64,000 bases of DNA from Octopus vulgaris (GCA_951406725.2 OX597815.1:9796001-9860000), one strand, 5' to 3'; counted from the first letter of the stretch, positions 28,852 through 43,640 are shown. Numbers and translations are program-made. The notes: a model not told the origin generated them from the letters alone.

Positions 28852-31353
28852 ATATGTGCGCGCATGTTTGTGTATGTATTAAAGAATACGTATATAGTGT
28901 AAATGGGTTGAAAGTATCTTCATAACATACACACACAAATGAATATTATTTTACATAACTCATGTTTACTTTTGTTGGCCGTCATTAAGCTGTTCAGATT
29001 TAGAAAATCTACTACAACAACAACAACAACAACAACAACAACAGCAGCAGTAACAAGGCAGAGAGGTTCAAAGACTCCAGCATTAGATAACTTGAAAGCT
29101 GAGAATCAAACAGTGTCACTAAGTGCACGGTTTCTTGTAAACTTGGTGTAACCTAACAAGAAAATCTGAATTAAAATCACTATCTGTGAACCAAGTAAAT
29201 AGTGAAACGAATACTAAAATATCCAGCGCCAAATAAATCAATAAAACTTAAGCTTCAGAACAGTTTTTTTTCTTTTTTTTTGACTATGAGATATTTTATT
29301 GGAATAAATAAATTAGTTGAGATAATCATAGCAAAATATACACCCAAGTTATCGACAGTGATAAATTCAGGGAACAGAAGGCAACGACATTAATTAATTG
29401 AATAATACGGTAGCAAAATCAATGCATATCTCACACTCTATAATAAAGCCTGCAGAATTATAACTGAGATCCAATAATTGAAAAATAATTTATTCAGATG
29501 GAATTTGACACACATTTTTTTTTGTTTTTTGTCTTTTTTTTATTATTTCCCTTTGTGGAATTTTTCGTTTTCTTTTAAAACATGTCAATGTAAAGAGCAA
29601 AAAATAGAATGTTAGATTGTTGTATTGTTTGTTTTCCTATGGAAGCATAAGCTAGATGGGTCTTCCATACAACACATGCTAGATTTGGCTGGACAAGTCT
29701 TCCATACAATATATACAAACTTGGGTTAGATGGGCTTCCATACTATACATACAAGCTTGGGTTAGATGGGGCTTCCATACAAGACAACACCAATCAAGTT
29801 GATCTTCAGTCATCTTTTCTGTGAGGCTGAGTATTCTATAATCTCATCTCACTATCTCTTCCTATAACTTTCCTTTCTTGGACTTTCTCTATCAACAGCA
29901 CCCACTATCATCCTTCACACACAATCCTATTTCTTTACTACCCACAAGGGGCCAAACATAGAGAGGACTAACAAGAACAGACAAACGGATTAAGTCGATT
30001 ATATCCACCCCAGTGCATAACTGGTACTTATTTAATCGACCCCGAAAGGATGATAGACAAAGTCGACTTCGGTGGAATTTGAACTCAGAACGTAGCGGCA
30101 GACGAAACACTTATTTCTTTACTACCCACAAGGGGCTAAATACAGAGAGCACAAACAAGGACAGACAAATGGATTAAGTCGATTACATCGACCCTAGTAC
30201 TCAACTGGTACTTAATTTATCGACCCCGAAAGGATGAAAGGCAAAGTCGACCTCGGCAGAATTTGAACTCAGAACGTAGCGGCAGACAAAATACCTATTT
30301 CTTTACTACCCACAAGGGGCTAAACACAGAGTAGACAAACAAGGACAGACAAATGGATTAAGTCGATTAGATCGACCCCAGTGCATCACTGGTACTTATT
30401 TAATCGACCCCAAAATGATAAAAGGCAAAGTCGACCTCGGCAGAATTTGAACTCAGAACATAGCGGCAAATTAAATCCCACTAGGCATTTCGCCCGGCTT
30501 ACATCACAAGTCCATACCTGCCAGTCACCAACATAATTCAACTGATACCTTTAACACTCATCACTCTCTCACCTCACTCCTACTCCACCTTTCATTTGAG
30601 CTAACTTCACACAGCCAACAGATTGTGCTCACTTCTATTTTATCCCATCCTCCACAGATTCCATACATTCACTACCTATGTTTCACTACCATGTGGTACC
30701 ACACAGACACACACACACACACACACCTAGTGGCTAGAGCGTTGCATTCATGATTACAAGATCGTGGTTTCAATTCCTAGACCAGGTGGTGCGCTGTGTT
30801 CTTGAGCAAAATACTTTGTTTCGCGTTGCTCTACGATGACTTCGACACCTGACATGCGTGGTACACCGTGCCCCTGTCCAGGCAACATCGATTTGATGGA
30901 GGGCGTGAGCTAATGTGCAGCACGAACATTTGATCACTATTATAAACAAATCATTTGTGTAGGTCACATTCGGCACAAAAGCTGAACACTCCTACATCGT
31001 CTTCAATGGGAGAGTCCATCATTACAAGAGTTCTTTTCAAAGATGAGGCAAATGCAGTTTAAGGGAGATTTGACAGCTGTTTCTAGGTCAAGCGACCATA
31101 TGAAGGCTCCCTTGTTAGCACATCCAGAAAACCTGCCACGTGTGTGTGTGTGTGTGTGTGAGTCCACTCTTTCATTCTTTTATTTGTTTCAGTCATTTGA
31201 CTGCAGCCATGCTAGAGCACCACCTTTAGTCGAACAAACCAACCCTAGTACTTATTCTATCAGTCCCTTTTGCTAAACTGCTAATTTATGGGGATGTAAA
31301 CACACCAACATCGGTTGTTAAGTGATGATGGGGAGACAAACACAAACAAACAA

Positions 31354-31395
<42 letters not shown>

Positions 31396-31398
<3 letters not shown>

Positions 31399-31602
31399 TA
31401 GTCCAAACATGAAAACACAAAGAGAAAACACAACAACACGAGGACTGGGAACAAGTATAGCGTTATTGGACGCTCAGGAAAGAAAAGAAAGAAGGAGGAT
31501 TTAACGTTTCGAGCGGAGTTCTTCATCAGAAACATAGGAAAAGGAAAGATCCAAAGAAGGGAAGACGGAAGAAAAAATTTGCCAACGATACACACGCGGT
31601 GA
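31396..31602 (-). mobile_element. Penelope-like pseudo-LTR fragment inserted in the internal (TA)n of a SINE
   Basis: Similar to 41172-41360 and carries a hammerhead. SINE halves lie at ~31165-31360 and ~31605-31720. Confidence 0.6.
31499..31533 (-). ncRNA. Minimal hammerhead variant, same family as 41274
   Basis: Minus strand GUUU CUGAUGA A GAAC UCC GCUC GAAA CG UU AAAU; one stem II mismatch; AACGUU palindrome. Confidence 0.65.
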
Positions 31603-32804
31603 CAGACTACTTTCAGTTTCTGAGGCTATAGAAGAAGACACTTGCCCAAGGTGCCACGCAGTGGGACTGAAGCCAGAACCATTTGGTTGGTAAGCAAGCT
31701 ATTTACCACACAGCCACTCAGTTTTTTGCTTGATACAACATTAGTAATGCTGTCAAAAATCCAACGTAACCACTTGACAAATACAAACAGATAAAGTAAA
31801 ACCAAAACTGAAAAAAACAAATGCTAGGGTACTTGGATGATATCAACACAAACACTTAGGGGTAGTTCCCCAGTCCAATGATTGCAGTCCGATGATAACG
31901 ATTGGTGAGAGAATAAAAGGAAAGCATTAGAAATGTCAAGTCACCAAATTCTTGCGGTACTTGTGGTGCTACACTTCCTGGCAACAATGTCTGCTAATTG
32001 ATAGCGATCCTTCCTTTATAACAACATTTAAACATTGTAAAGTAATAAAAAAAACAAAAAAAAACAGGTTAATTCTTTTTCTCTTTCCTCTTCCACCACC
32101 ACCACCACCACCACCACCACCACTACCACCATCATCATCATCATCATCATTATTATAGTCAGCGCCGCCACCGCTTGAAGAATATTAAGGAAGCCAACGC
32201 AAGTGAGAGGTGTCAACTATTTCAGCCAGCCAATAAGATGACATCTGAATTTTATGTATTTTATGTATTTATTTCTGTTATTATTATTATTATTATTGTA
32301 ATTTTTTTTTATTTTGTTGCTTGTATAATTATTGTTGTTGCTTTTTGTCAGCCTTAGACAGAACAAAATGACTACACACAACCAAACCCATACACACACA
32401 CACATACACACACAATCAAGCATACATTCCTTCCCACGTGTGCATCCATACACAGCGATCCACACACGTCATCCATATACACATGCACACACACACAATC
32501 ATTCATTCACAACATCCATTCCTCTGAATTATGGAAGATTAAAAGATGCTGTTATCTTTGGGTTTTTTTTTTTTTGTCTTCTTTTGCAAAATTTCTAAAC
32601 AATGAGTTTTGTAACAGGATAAAAAAAAAATAACAACAACTACAACATCAACATCAATTGTGGCAACAACAACAATAATAATTACAATATTGTTCTAGTA
32701 CAAAGTTAATCTCCTTCAAATAAACCAAGGTTTTCTTAATTCCTCTCTAAATCCCATTTTATTGTTACTTGCAGGCAAAAACCTTTCAGTTTATTAAGTA
32801 TCAT

Positions 32805-32810
32805 CATCAG

Positions 32811-32849
<39 letters not shown>

Positions 32850-32893
32850 CATTATTATCATCATTATTATTATTATCATTATTATTATCATCA

Positions 32894-32931
<38 letters not shown>

Positions 32932-33033
32932 CATTATTATTATTGATATTATTATCATCATCATCATCATCGTTATTATTATTATTATTATTATTGCTAT
33001 TGTTGTTGTTGTTGTTGGGGGAGGAGTAAGGCA

Positions 33034-33098
<65 letters not shown>

Positions 33099-33225
33099 AG
33101 GTTGAGAGAGTGCAGCACATTTTTGGAGCTTTTGTAACAGAGAAATAATTAAAGGTTGTTTTTGAAGTGAAATAGTAATAATAATAATGATAATAGTAGT
33201 AATAATAATAATAATGATAATAATA

Positions 33226-33263
<38 letters not shown>

Positions 33264-33336
33264 GATGATAATAATAATAATGATAATAATAATAATAATA
33301 ATAATAATGATAATAATAATAATAATAATAATGATG

Positions 33337-33389
<53 letters not shown>

Positions 33390-33524
33390 GAGGAGGAGGA
33401 GGAGGAGGCAGTAACAAAATGAAAGAAAGACCAAGTATTGAAGAAGAAAAAGAGGGAAAAAAAATACAGAAATGGGAAAGAAAGATGAAAGGCAAAAGAA
33501 GGACATTGAAAAGGGAGAAAGAAT

Positions 33525-33563
<39 letters not shown>

Positions 33564-33970
33564 CGAGAGAGTAAGAAGGAAGAGGAAGGAAAAAGAGGGG
33601 AAAGTAAGAGAGAAAGAAAGAAAGAAAAAAAGAAAAACAAAAAACAAAGAAAAGAAACATCACAACTGCAATAAAGAGAGAAAGAGAGAGAGAGACAGAG
33701 AGAGAGAGGCAGAGAGAAAGAGACAGAGAGAGGGACAGAGAGAGAGAGACAGAGACGGAGACACAGAGACAGAGAGAGAGAGACAGAGAGAGAGAGAGAC
33801 AGAGAGAGAGACAGAGAGAGAGAGACAGAGAGAGAGACAGAGAGAGAGACAGAGAGCGGCAGAGAGAAAAAGAGACAGAGAGAGAGACAGAGAGAAAGAG
33901 AGACAGAGACAGAGAGAGAAAGAGACGCAGAGAGAGATTGAATGAGGGAAAAAGAGAGAGAGAGAGATAG
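32805..33970. repeat. Simple-repeat block: (ATT)n, (GA)n, (AAT)n, (GA/GACA)n
   Basis: Direct reading. Confidence 0.9.
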
Positions 33971-34799
33971 AATGGGAAATAGGGGGATGGGGGGGGGTCA
34001 GAGGAGAAAGTGAGAAATGAAAAGAAAAATGTTTCTTCCTCTAAAAATTTTAAGCTCCATTTCTGTGGAACTGTAAGGTAAATATATATATATACATACA
34101 TACATAAGCAGTGCCTAGTATAAGTATGGCGTTGTATGGTGTTGTATGGTAATGCAAACTAATGTGTGGTACAGCATGTAGTAGTACACTCTATAGAACT
34201 ATATAGTAAGTAATACAAGGCAATGTATGGTGGTGTATGATACACTGAAGAAATGAAATTGAAATATTGTTTCTGAAAGAAATTCTAAAGATATTTAATA
34301 TAGGACAGTAGAAGTAAGCTAATGGCTTTCATTGTTTTCAATATTTTGTCTTAGAATGAACTGCAAAACATATTGTGTGTGTATTCATACAGGAAAGTAT
34401 GTTTCTGTGTGTACGATTATGCCTATATAAGTATGTAAGTATGTGCGTGCAAACTCGTTGTGTGCGTATGTAAGATAAGAAATAAGTACATCAGTGGATG
34501 GCTATATATATATAAGTGCATATTTCTTTCATTCGTTAACTTTCCAATATTTATCGCGCTTTTATACGAGATTAATAATTAATGTTACTCTGACTCTTAT
34601 ACTTGTTTCGGTCATTGGACTGCGGCCATGCTGGAGCACCGCCTTTAGTCGAGCAAATCGACCCCAGGACTTATTCTTTGTAAGCCCAGTACTTATTCTA
34701 TTGGCTCCCTTTTGCCGAACCGCTAAGTTACGGGGACGTAAACACACCAGCATCGGTTGTCAAGCGATGTTGGGGGAACAAACACAGACACACAAACAT

Positions 34800-34872
<73 letters not shown>

Positions 34873-35398
34873 TACGATGGGCTTCTTTCAGTTTCCGTCT
34901 ACCAAATCCACTCACAAGGCTTTGGTCGGCCCGAGGCTATAGTAGAAGACACTTGCGCAAGGTGCCACGCAGTGGGACTGAACCCGGAATTATATGGCTG
35001 GCAAGCAAGCTACTTACCACACAGCCACTCCTACACCTATATTATTTGATATATTTTATACATATGTTCACACACACAAATATTTTCCATACAGAACCAC
35101 ACACACACACACACACACACACAAATATTTCCCATAGAGAACCACACACATACATTTACACATAAATATACACACACACACACATACAAATTCTCCCACG
35201 CAAAAACCACACAGGTATTCACTCACAAAGCCACACACTGACATTGTTCTAAATAACCACACCCTCACATTCATACTGCTCCAGACATACCATCATACAA
35301 ACAATTACCCATGCAAAAAACCATGCACATACACACGCACACACTAATCTACACAAAATCACATTTACACACACACAATACCATGCACATATTCATTT

Positions 35399-35434
<36 letters not shown>

Positions 35435-35877
35435 AAGTCTGGTATAGTTAGTGGATAGACTGAAATAACAAGCTAAACTCTGTTCTATTAAGCACATGAT
35501 ATTAGTGTTTTCTATTTCCCATGGAACACCAAACAAATAAGCATGCCTACTCAAAATGATGCCAATTCCTCAAGAGTAATGGTTATCCTGGCTAACATAT
35601 AGAACTGCCTTATCTTCACTGCTGATGCCTCTTTGGTCAATCCAACATATCTTGCTGATACCCCAGGATATCTGACCAAATTGTAGGAAGTCATCTCTCG
35701 TGTCTCTTGTTTCAGTTGTCCACTTCAAGAAAAGTGCAGACATCCCAGATAACCAGGTTGTCACTTTTGTGATGTCCCTGACATAGAATATCTGGCTTGT
35801 CAGGAGTACCAACCTCATCGTCAAGGAGACCCAGTCTCCGTACAACACTGTTAATGAATGATTGAATTTATTTATAA

Positions 35878-36268
35878 CTAGTAGTATCGCCCGACGTTGC
35901 TCGGGCTTGTTTCGACCCTTTAGAATTGGAATTTTTGAAAAGTAAAAACTTTGCATTATGTAGCTTGTTATTCTCTTTAAGTGAACATTTTTCTGGTTGA
36001 AATACACCAAAAAATGTCGACACAGCAGTCAAAAAATCGTAAAAAATAGGGATTTTCATAGAAAAAAAGCACCTTTTTGATGTAAATAATTTTTGGTGTT
36101 AACATGGTCCGATTTGAATTTTTTCTCCTACGGAAGGAAGAGCAAGCCTTCTTCTATCATACTCTCAATTTTGGTCAACTTGCGTCGCTGGGTTTGGAGG
36201 CGATAGTGTTAGTTGAAGGCTACCAAACCTGCCATACACAGACAACTTCAGCTTTATGTACAGAGAGA
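35878..36268 (-). mobile_element. Non-autonomous Helitron
   Basis: 3' end CCCGAGCAACGTCGGGCGATACTACTAG|T; 5' TCTCTGTACATAAAG-like start. Confidence 0.7.
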
Positions 36269-36491
36269 CTGCTGTAGCAATTTGAATACTGGAGGTAAGG
36301 TTGCTGGCCATACACATCATCCCACCTCCTTTCTCAGCTTGGTTACCATCCCAGAATTTTGAAGCTAAAGGCAGTGTGCCTGAAGTCAGTTGAACCTGGG
36401 TCTCATGCAAGACCAGGTCATCATACGCCATGACAATGGCTGAGATAACCACCTACTATGCAATATATGGTACAGGACACTTTAAATGGTT

Positions 36492-36690
36492 ATAATAATA
36501 ATAATAATGAAATTATTGTATGCATTGCTCCAACAACTAACAACTGATGCCGGCAGTTTGTTCCATGCTTCAGCAACTCTCAGCATGAAAAAATTTTTCT
36601 GAAAGTTATGGAAGGAGCTGTGCTGTTTTCTGACTTTGTAAACATGTCCACGGGTGTTAGACAGGTGGAAACCAACTGTTAAGAATGGAA
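36492..36690 (-). mobile_element. CR1-type LINE 3' fragment, same family as 59655, UTR deleted
   Basis: SNTRGHVYKVRKQ...FFMLRVAEAWNKLPASVVSC followed almost directly by the (ATT)n tail. Confidence 0.75.
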
Positions 36691-38500
36691 AAGGCTCTAA
36701 ATGATAAATAATCAACCACACCATATTCTTTTAAGTATATTGTATAGGAGGCTTTAAGTTGTCAAGATGTAAGTATTGCCATCATGAAACTAGTAGAATA
36801 AAAGTTAAACACACTTGCTTACACAATCATACACCCCACCCCATACAAACACACATGTGTGTGTGTGTGTATATGAGTTTGTGTGTATAGGTATATGTGG
36901 GGTACTGGTGGTGAAACAAATCAAGGCGGCGAGCTGGCAGAATCGTTAGCACGCCAGGTGAAATGCGTAGCCGTATTTCGTCAGCTGTTACGTTCTGGGT
37001 TCAAATTCTGCCGAGGTCGACTTTGCCTTTCATCCTTTCGGGGTCGATTAAATAAGTACCAGTACCACACTGAGGTCGATGTAATCGACTTAATCCGTGT
37101 GTCTGACCTTGTTTGTCCCCTCTGTATTTAGCCCCTTGTGGGTAGTAAAGAAATAGGTATTTCGTCTGCCGCTACGTTCTGAGTTCAAATTCTGCCGAGG
37201 TCGACTTTGCCTTTCATCTTTTCGGGATTGATTAAATAAGTACCAGTTACGTGCTGGGGTCAATATAATCGACTTAATCCGTTTGTCTGTCCTTGTTTGT
37301 CCCTTCTGTGCTTAGCCCCTTGTGGGTAGTAAAGAAATAGGTATACGTGTGGTGTGTGGATGCATGTTAGGGCATAATGTATATGTATACTTATGTGCAT
37401 GTATATGTGTATGATGTGTGTTATAAACAGTGTATGTGTGTGTGTGTATGTGCCTGTGCATGTGGATCTGTGTGTGTAAGCATGCGTGTCAGTCTGTGAG
37501 TCACTGCAGATTTAAGCATGTGCTTACATCAGTTTATGTAAATGCATGGTGTGTGCATGTACGTGTATGTGCATGTATATGTATGTATTTTGTTCAGTCA
37601 ATAAGGTTTACTCTCATCCAAAACTGACCTCCCTCGTCTCGTAATACCATAATGGCTGATCACAACTGCAAGTAGATTAGTATTTAAAGAGATTTCAATA
37701 TTGATGATGATGATAGTAAGGAGACTGATGATGATAATGATGATGATAAGGATGATGGTGATAGTAATGGGGTCAGCAGAGGGTGGTTGCGATAGTGGTG
37801 GTGAAATAAATGAAGCAAGATTGAAATCCAATACAATATTATTAACCAAGGATAAAATCCCACACATCGGGTCAGTTATGTTAGACTCAGCAAGTGTTAG
37901 TTAAAAAGGACCAAGCCAAGATCAGTTACAATAGAGCAGATAGACCAGGCAAAGGTCAGTTACATCAGACCATGCTAAGGTGAGACTTAATAAAATTACA
38001 GGAAAGGAAGGGTTAATATGAAGTCTCCACAAGTCATCATCATTATCATCATCATCATCATTGTTTAATGTCCATTTTCCATGCTAGCATGGGTTGGACG
38101 ATTTGATTGAGGTCTGGCGAACCAGATGGCTGCACCAGGCTCCAATCTTGATCTGGCAGAGTTCCTACAGCTGGATGCCCTTCCTAACGCCAAACACTCC
38201 GAGAGTGTAGTGGGTGCTTTTACGTTCCACTGTCACAAGGGCCAGTCAGGCGGTACTGGCAACGGCCATGCTCAAATGGTGTTTTTTACATGCCACCTGC
38301 ACAGGACCCAGACCAGCGGCACTGGCAACGACCTCACTCGAATGTTTTTTCATGTGCGAGTAGGGCGACGCTGGTAACGATCACGCTTGAATGGAGGTTT
38401 TTACGTGCCACCGGCATGGAAGCCAGTTAGCTGCTCTGGCAACGATCATGCTCGGATGGTGCACTTAGCGCCCCACTAGCACGGATGCCAGTCATCGAAT

Positions 38501-38914
38501 TTACCAACCCGGCTGAAACCGGCTCTGGCTCTGTAGTACAAATGTCTTGTTCCTAACACTAACTGAATGATAACAAAGTTATTTTACTAAATTCTTTGTT
38601 ATATTTAAAGTAATTGAAAGAAACAGAGCATCTCAACAGAAATATGGTAACAAAAGGGTTAAAATATATAACAGAGAAACAATTCTTAACCCTTTCGTTA
38701 CCAACCCAGCTGAAACCGGCTCTGGCTCTTTAGTATAAATGTCTTGTTTTCATAAGTTTTGAATTAAAATCTTCCACCAAACTTTAGTCACAATTTATGT
38801 TCCTCATACTAGCTGAATGATAACTAAGTTATTTTACTAAATTCTTTGTTAGATTTAAAGTAATTGAAAGAAACATAGAGAATCTCAACAGAAATATGGT
38901 AACAAAAGGGTTAA
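38501..38914. mobile_element. Dimer of the same piggyBac-type MITE (first unit truncated and internally deleted) with the same spacer
   Basis: ...aaaagggttaa aatatataacagagaaacaattc ttaaccctttcgttacc... ending aaaagggttaa at 38914. Confidence 0.85.
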
Positions 38915-39704
38915 TCCCAATACTCTATCTAAACTAATTAACCCCAATACTCTACATAAACTAATTAATTTCAATAATCTGTATAAACTAATTAATCCAA
39001 ATACTCAAGATAAAAGCAGCTTGTCCTCATAATTTATTCATTCTTTCATTCTTTTATTCTTTCCAGAATACAAAGAAGACATTGCGAGAGAGAGAGAGAG
39101 AGAGAGGAGTCAAGTGTCCCAACCGAAACATGTTAAGATATCAATGTAAAAACGAGAGATCCATTTTGTTCAAACTCCGTAAAAGAACCACCAAAACAAA
39201 AAAAAAACACAATACCTAATTTCGGAAGGAAACATGTATATTAGAATAGCCAAATAATCCTCAACGTCTCTGGTTCTCAAGACAATGGAAGTTGTTACCT
39301 TACTTCTTTAATACAATGGAAAGGAACTTCACTTAAAAAATAACGGCATTGTGTTGTAATATGCTATTTAGTAATTTATTGTACACCGATGTACTGTATT
39401 GTAATGTGTACTGTTTTGTAAAGTATTATAATGTACTGCATTGTATTGTGTAGCACGGTGCTGTATAAATATAAAGTCTTTAGTTTACTCTTTTACTTGT
39501 TTCAGTCATTTGACTGCGGCCATGCTGGAGCACCGCCTTTAATCGAGCAACTCGACCCCGGGTCTTATTCTTTTGTAAGCCCAGTACTTATTCTATCGGT
39601 CTCTTTGCCAAACCACTAAGTAACGGGGACATAAACACACCAGCATCGGTTGTCAAGCGATGTTGGGAGGGGACAAACACAGACACACAAACACACACAC
39701 ACAT

Positions 39705-39744
<40 letters not shown>

Positions 39745-40946
39745 CGGGCTTCTTTCAGTTTCCGTCTACCAAATCCACTCACAAGGCTTTGGTCGGCCTG
39801 AGGCTATAGTAGAAGACACTTGCCCAAGATGCCACGCAGTGGGACTGAACCCGGAACCATGTGCTTGGTAAACAAGCTACTTAGCACATTTTGTTTTTTT
39901 TTTAAACTAAGCTAATTTATTTATTGGCAGAGTGATCAAAGCCAGAGATATATTCCAGTGGCCTAGCATCACGCATACACCTCAGTGCATTCACAGAATA
40001 CTCCATACATAACCATACATTTCAGACACATACACAGAGACTTCTCTTTCACACAATTTGTTCATTCCTTCATTTATATGTCCATTTTTCCATGTTAGCA
40101 AGGTTAAATGAATAGGCGGTGAGCTGGCAGAAACGTTAGCATGCCGGGCGAAATGCGTGGCCGTATTTCGTCTGCCGCTACGTTCTGAGTTCAAATTCCA
40201 CCGAGGTCGACTTTGCCTTTCATCCCTTCAGGGGTCAATAAATTAAGTACCAGTTACACACTGGGGTTGATGTAATCGACTTAATCCATTTTTCTGTCCT
40301 TGTTTGTCCTCTCTGTGTTTAGCCCTTTGTGGGTAGTAAAGAAAAAGGTATTTTGTCTGCTGCTACGTTCTGAGTTCAAATTCTGCCAAGGTCGACTTTG
40401 TCTTTCATCCTTTCAGGGGTTGATAAATTAAGTACCAGTTACGCACTGGGGTCGATATAATCGACTTAATCCATTTGTCTGTCCATGCTTGTCCTCTCTG
40501 TGTTTAGCCCCTTGTGGGTAGTAAAAAAATAGGTTAAACGAATATATTATTGAGGAATTCTTATACAACCAGATGCACTTTCTGTTGCTGACCCATACCG
40601 ATTTCTCAAATAAAGGATGATATCCTATTCCACAACCCTTCGAAGGCACAAAGCCAACAGATGAACTATTGAGAAGGAAAATGACAAATTTTGGAAAAGT
40701 GCAAATGTAAACACACACAGAGTAGGCCCTTTCAGTTTCTCTCCGCAGAATCCTTTCCGAGGTTTTGGTTGGCCAAGGGATATATTAGAAGACACCTACC
40801 CAAGGTGCCACAGAATAGGAGTGAACCTGAAAACATGTATCTGGGAAGTGAACTTTTTAACCATGCTTATACGATGTATATATTACAGACATGGATTGCT
40901 AACATTTGGCAGGGGGTGGGGTAAATCAGGAGTAAGTTTAGATAGC

Positions 40947-40986
<40 letters not shown>

Positions 40987-41078
40987 TGTATCGCAAAACA
41001 TATCCCAAAACAGGAGATTGGATATACATATATATATATCTATATACATATTTTTATACACACATACATATGTATGTA

Positions 41079-41112
<34 letters not shown>

Positions 41113-41273
41113 CCCATGCTAGCATGAAGAACGGACGTTAAACGATGATGATGATGATGATATATATATATAGTAAATCAAAAAAACAAAGAACAAATAC
41201 AAAAAAAAACAACAACGGGAGGACGTGGTACATGCAAAGTATTAGCAGATGCTCAAGGAAGGAAAGAAAGGTG

Positions 41274-41309
41274 GTTTTACGTTTCGAGCAGACACTCTTC
41301 TTCAGAAAC
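41274..41309 (-). ncRNA. Minimal hammerhead variant (extra A after CUGANGA, palindromic ACGU stem III)
   Basis: Minus strand GUUU CUGAAGA A GAGU GUCU GCUC GAAA CG UA AAAC, within a purine-rich Penelope-like fragment (~41172-41360) following (TA)n. Confidence 0.75.
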
Positions 41310-41639
41310 AGGAGACAGAGGAAAGTCCAAGAGAAAAGGAAGACGGAGGGGGAAAAAAAAACATATGTATGTATGTATCTGTATATATGTGTGCATGCAT
41401 GTATGAAAGTCTATATATGAATGTGTGGTGTGGTGTGTGTGTGTGTGTGTGTGTACATACAAGCACACGTTTTAGGCAATTTGCTTGCCTTAAGAAATAT
41501 TTTTCTTCAGATTTTTTTCATAAATAATTATATGATAAAATGTAATAATTAAGTATATAATCCTTTTCACAAAGTAGTAATTAGGATAATTCAATAAAAT
41601 ATGATAATGATATAATCAATATAATATTAAACTTAACAG

Positions 41640-41708
41640 TATCATTACTATTACTATTACTATTACTATTATTATTTTTATTATTATTATTATTTTTATT
41701 ATTATTAT

Positions 41709-41740
<32 letters not shown>

Positions 41741-41924
41741 TTATTAATTTTATTATTATTATTATTTTTTTTATTATTATTATCATTATTATTATTATTA
41801 TTTTTATTATTATTATTATTTTTATTATTATTATTAATTTTATTATTATTATCATTATTATTATTATTATTTTTATTATTATTATTATTCTTATTATTAT
41901 TATTATTTTTATTATTATCATTAA

Positions 41925-41964
<40 letters not shown>

Positions 41965-41980
41965 GTTGTTGTTGTTGTTA
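41640..41980. repeat. (ATT)n microsatellite
   Basis: Direct reading. Confidence 0.9.
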
Positions 41981-42616
41981 CAGTTGCTGCTAATGTTACT
42001 TTTATCAATAAAATGATGAGCTGACAAAAATCATTAGTAAAATCATTAAAAAAATTTATCGTTTTTGTCATCGTTGCATCTCATTGATCTGGTTACTGTA
42101 TAACTAATACCAGTTATCTACTGGGGGTAATGGTAATTCACTAGTTCCTTCTTCCTTACTTCCAAAATTGTACATAATATAATTCAAATTACATAATATA
42201 ATTTTTATTGTAGTAATTCATGGTAATTGTTATTATTGTTATTGTTTACACATTAATTTTGATATAATTTAAATAAAATATGAACAACTATAATTACAAT
42301 ATGCACTTTTTAAATAATTTCCATTATAACTTCAAATCCTATATATATATATATATATATATACATATATATATACATATATATATATATACATATATAT
42401 ATACATATATATATATACATATATATATATATACATATATACATATACATATATACATATATACATATATACATATATACATATACATATATACATATAT
42501 ACATATATATATATACATATATATATATACATATATATATACATATATATATATATACATATATATATACATATATATATATACATATATACATATATAC
42601 ATATACATATATACAT

Positions 42617-43640
42617 ATCATCATCATCATCATCATCATTTAGCGTCCGTTTTCCATGCTAGCATGGGTTGGACGGTTCTGCTGGGGTCTGTGAAGCCAG
42701 AAGGCTTCATCAGGCCCAGTCAAATCTGGCAGTGTTTCTACGGCTGGATGCCCTTCCTAACGCCAACCACTCCGTGAGTGTAGTGGGTGCTTTTTACGTG
42801 CCACCCGCACTGGTGCCAGCCAGAGCTGGCAAACGGCCACGAACGGATGGTGTTTTTTATGTGCCACCGGCACGAGGGCCAGGCGAGGCTGGCAACGAAC
42901 ACGAAATGGGGCGGTGCTGGCAACGGTCGCGAAACGGAAGGTTCTCTTACATGCCACCGGCACTGGTAACACATCTGCAATTTCCATTGATCGATTTCCA
43001 TTGATCGATTTCGATTCTGATCCTCACTTGCCTCAATGGGTCTTCACAAGCAGAGTTTCGACATGCCACCGGCACTGGTAGCACATCCGCAATTTCCATT
43101 GATCGATTTCGATTCTGATCCTCACTTGCCTCAACACGTCTTCACAAGTAGAGTTTTGTGTCCCAAGAAGGGAAGGTATGCATACGTAGGCTGGCTCCAT
43201 CCCATGTAGAAGGCCACGGGTTGTGGACTCACTTGTCCTGCCGGGTCTTCTCGCGCACAGCACACTTCCAGAGGTCTCGGTCTCTAGTCATTTCCTCGGT
43301 GAGACCTAAAGTTCGAAGGTCGTGCTTCACCACCTCGTCCCAGGTTTTCCTGGGTCTGCCTCTTCCACAGGTTCCCTCAACCGCTAGGGTGTGGCACTTT
43401 TTCACACAACTATCTTCATCCATTCTCGCCACATGACCATACCAGCGCAAACGTCTCTCTTGCACACCACAACTGATGCTTCTTAGGTCCAGCTTTTCTC
43501 TCAAGGTACTTACACTCTGCCGAGTGTGAGTACTGGCATTACACATCCATCGGAGCATACTGGCTTCATTTCTAGCGAGCTTACGCATATCCTCAGCAGT
43601 CACGGCCCATGTTTCACTGCCATGTAGCATGGCTGTTCGT

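Noticed and set aside
32794-34101. 435-aa ORF and the many YI/VC/HT-rich ORFs in the track
   Set aside because: Translations of microsatellites lacking stops; no protein-like content.
34238-34275. CTGAAGA-AATGAAATT-GAAA hammerhead-like string
   Set aside because: 3-bp AU-only stem II, and stem I is out of register with any NUH; likely chance.
35570-35860. ORF fragment with VLYGDW, faintly RTE-like
   Set aside because: Similarity too weak to call; the ORF also runs through a Helitron.
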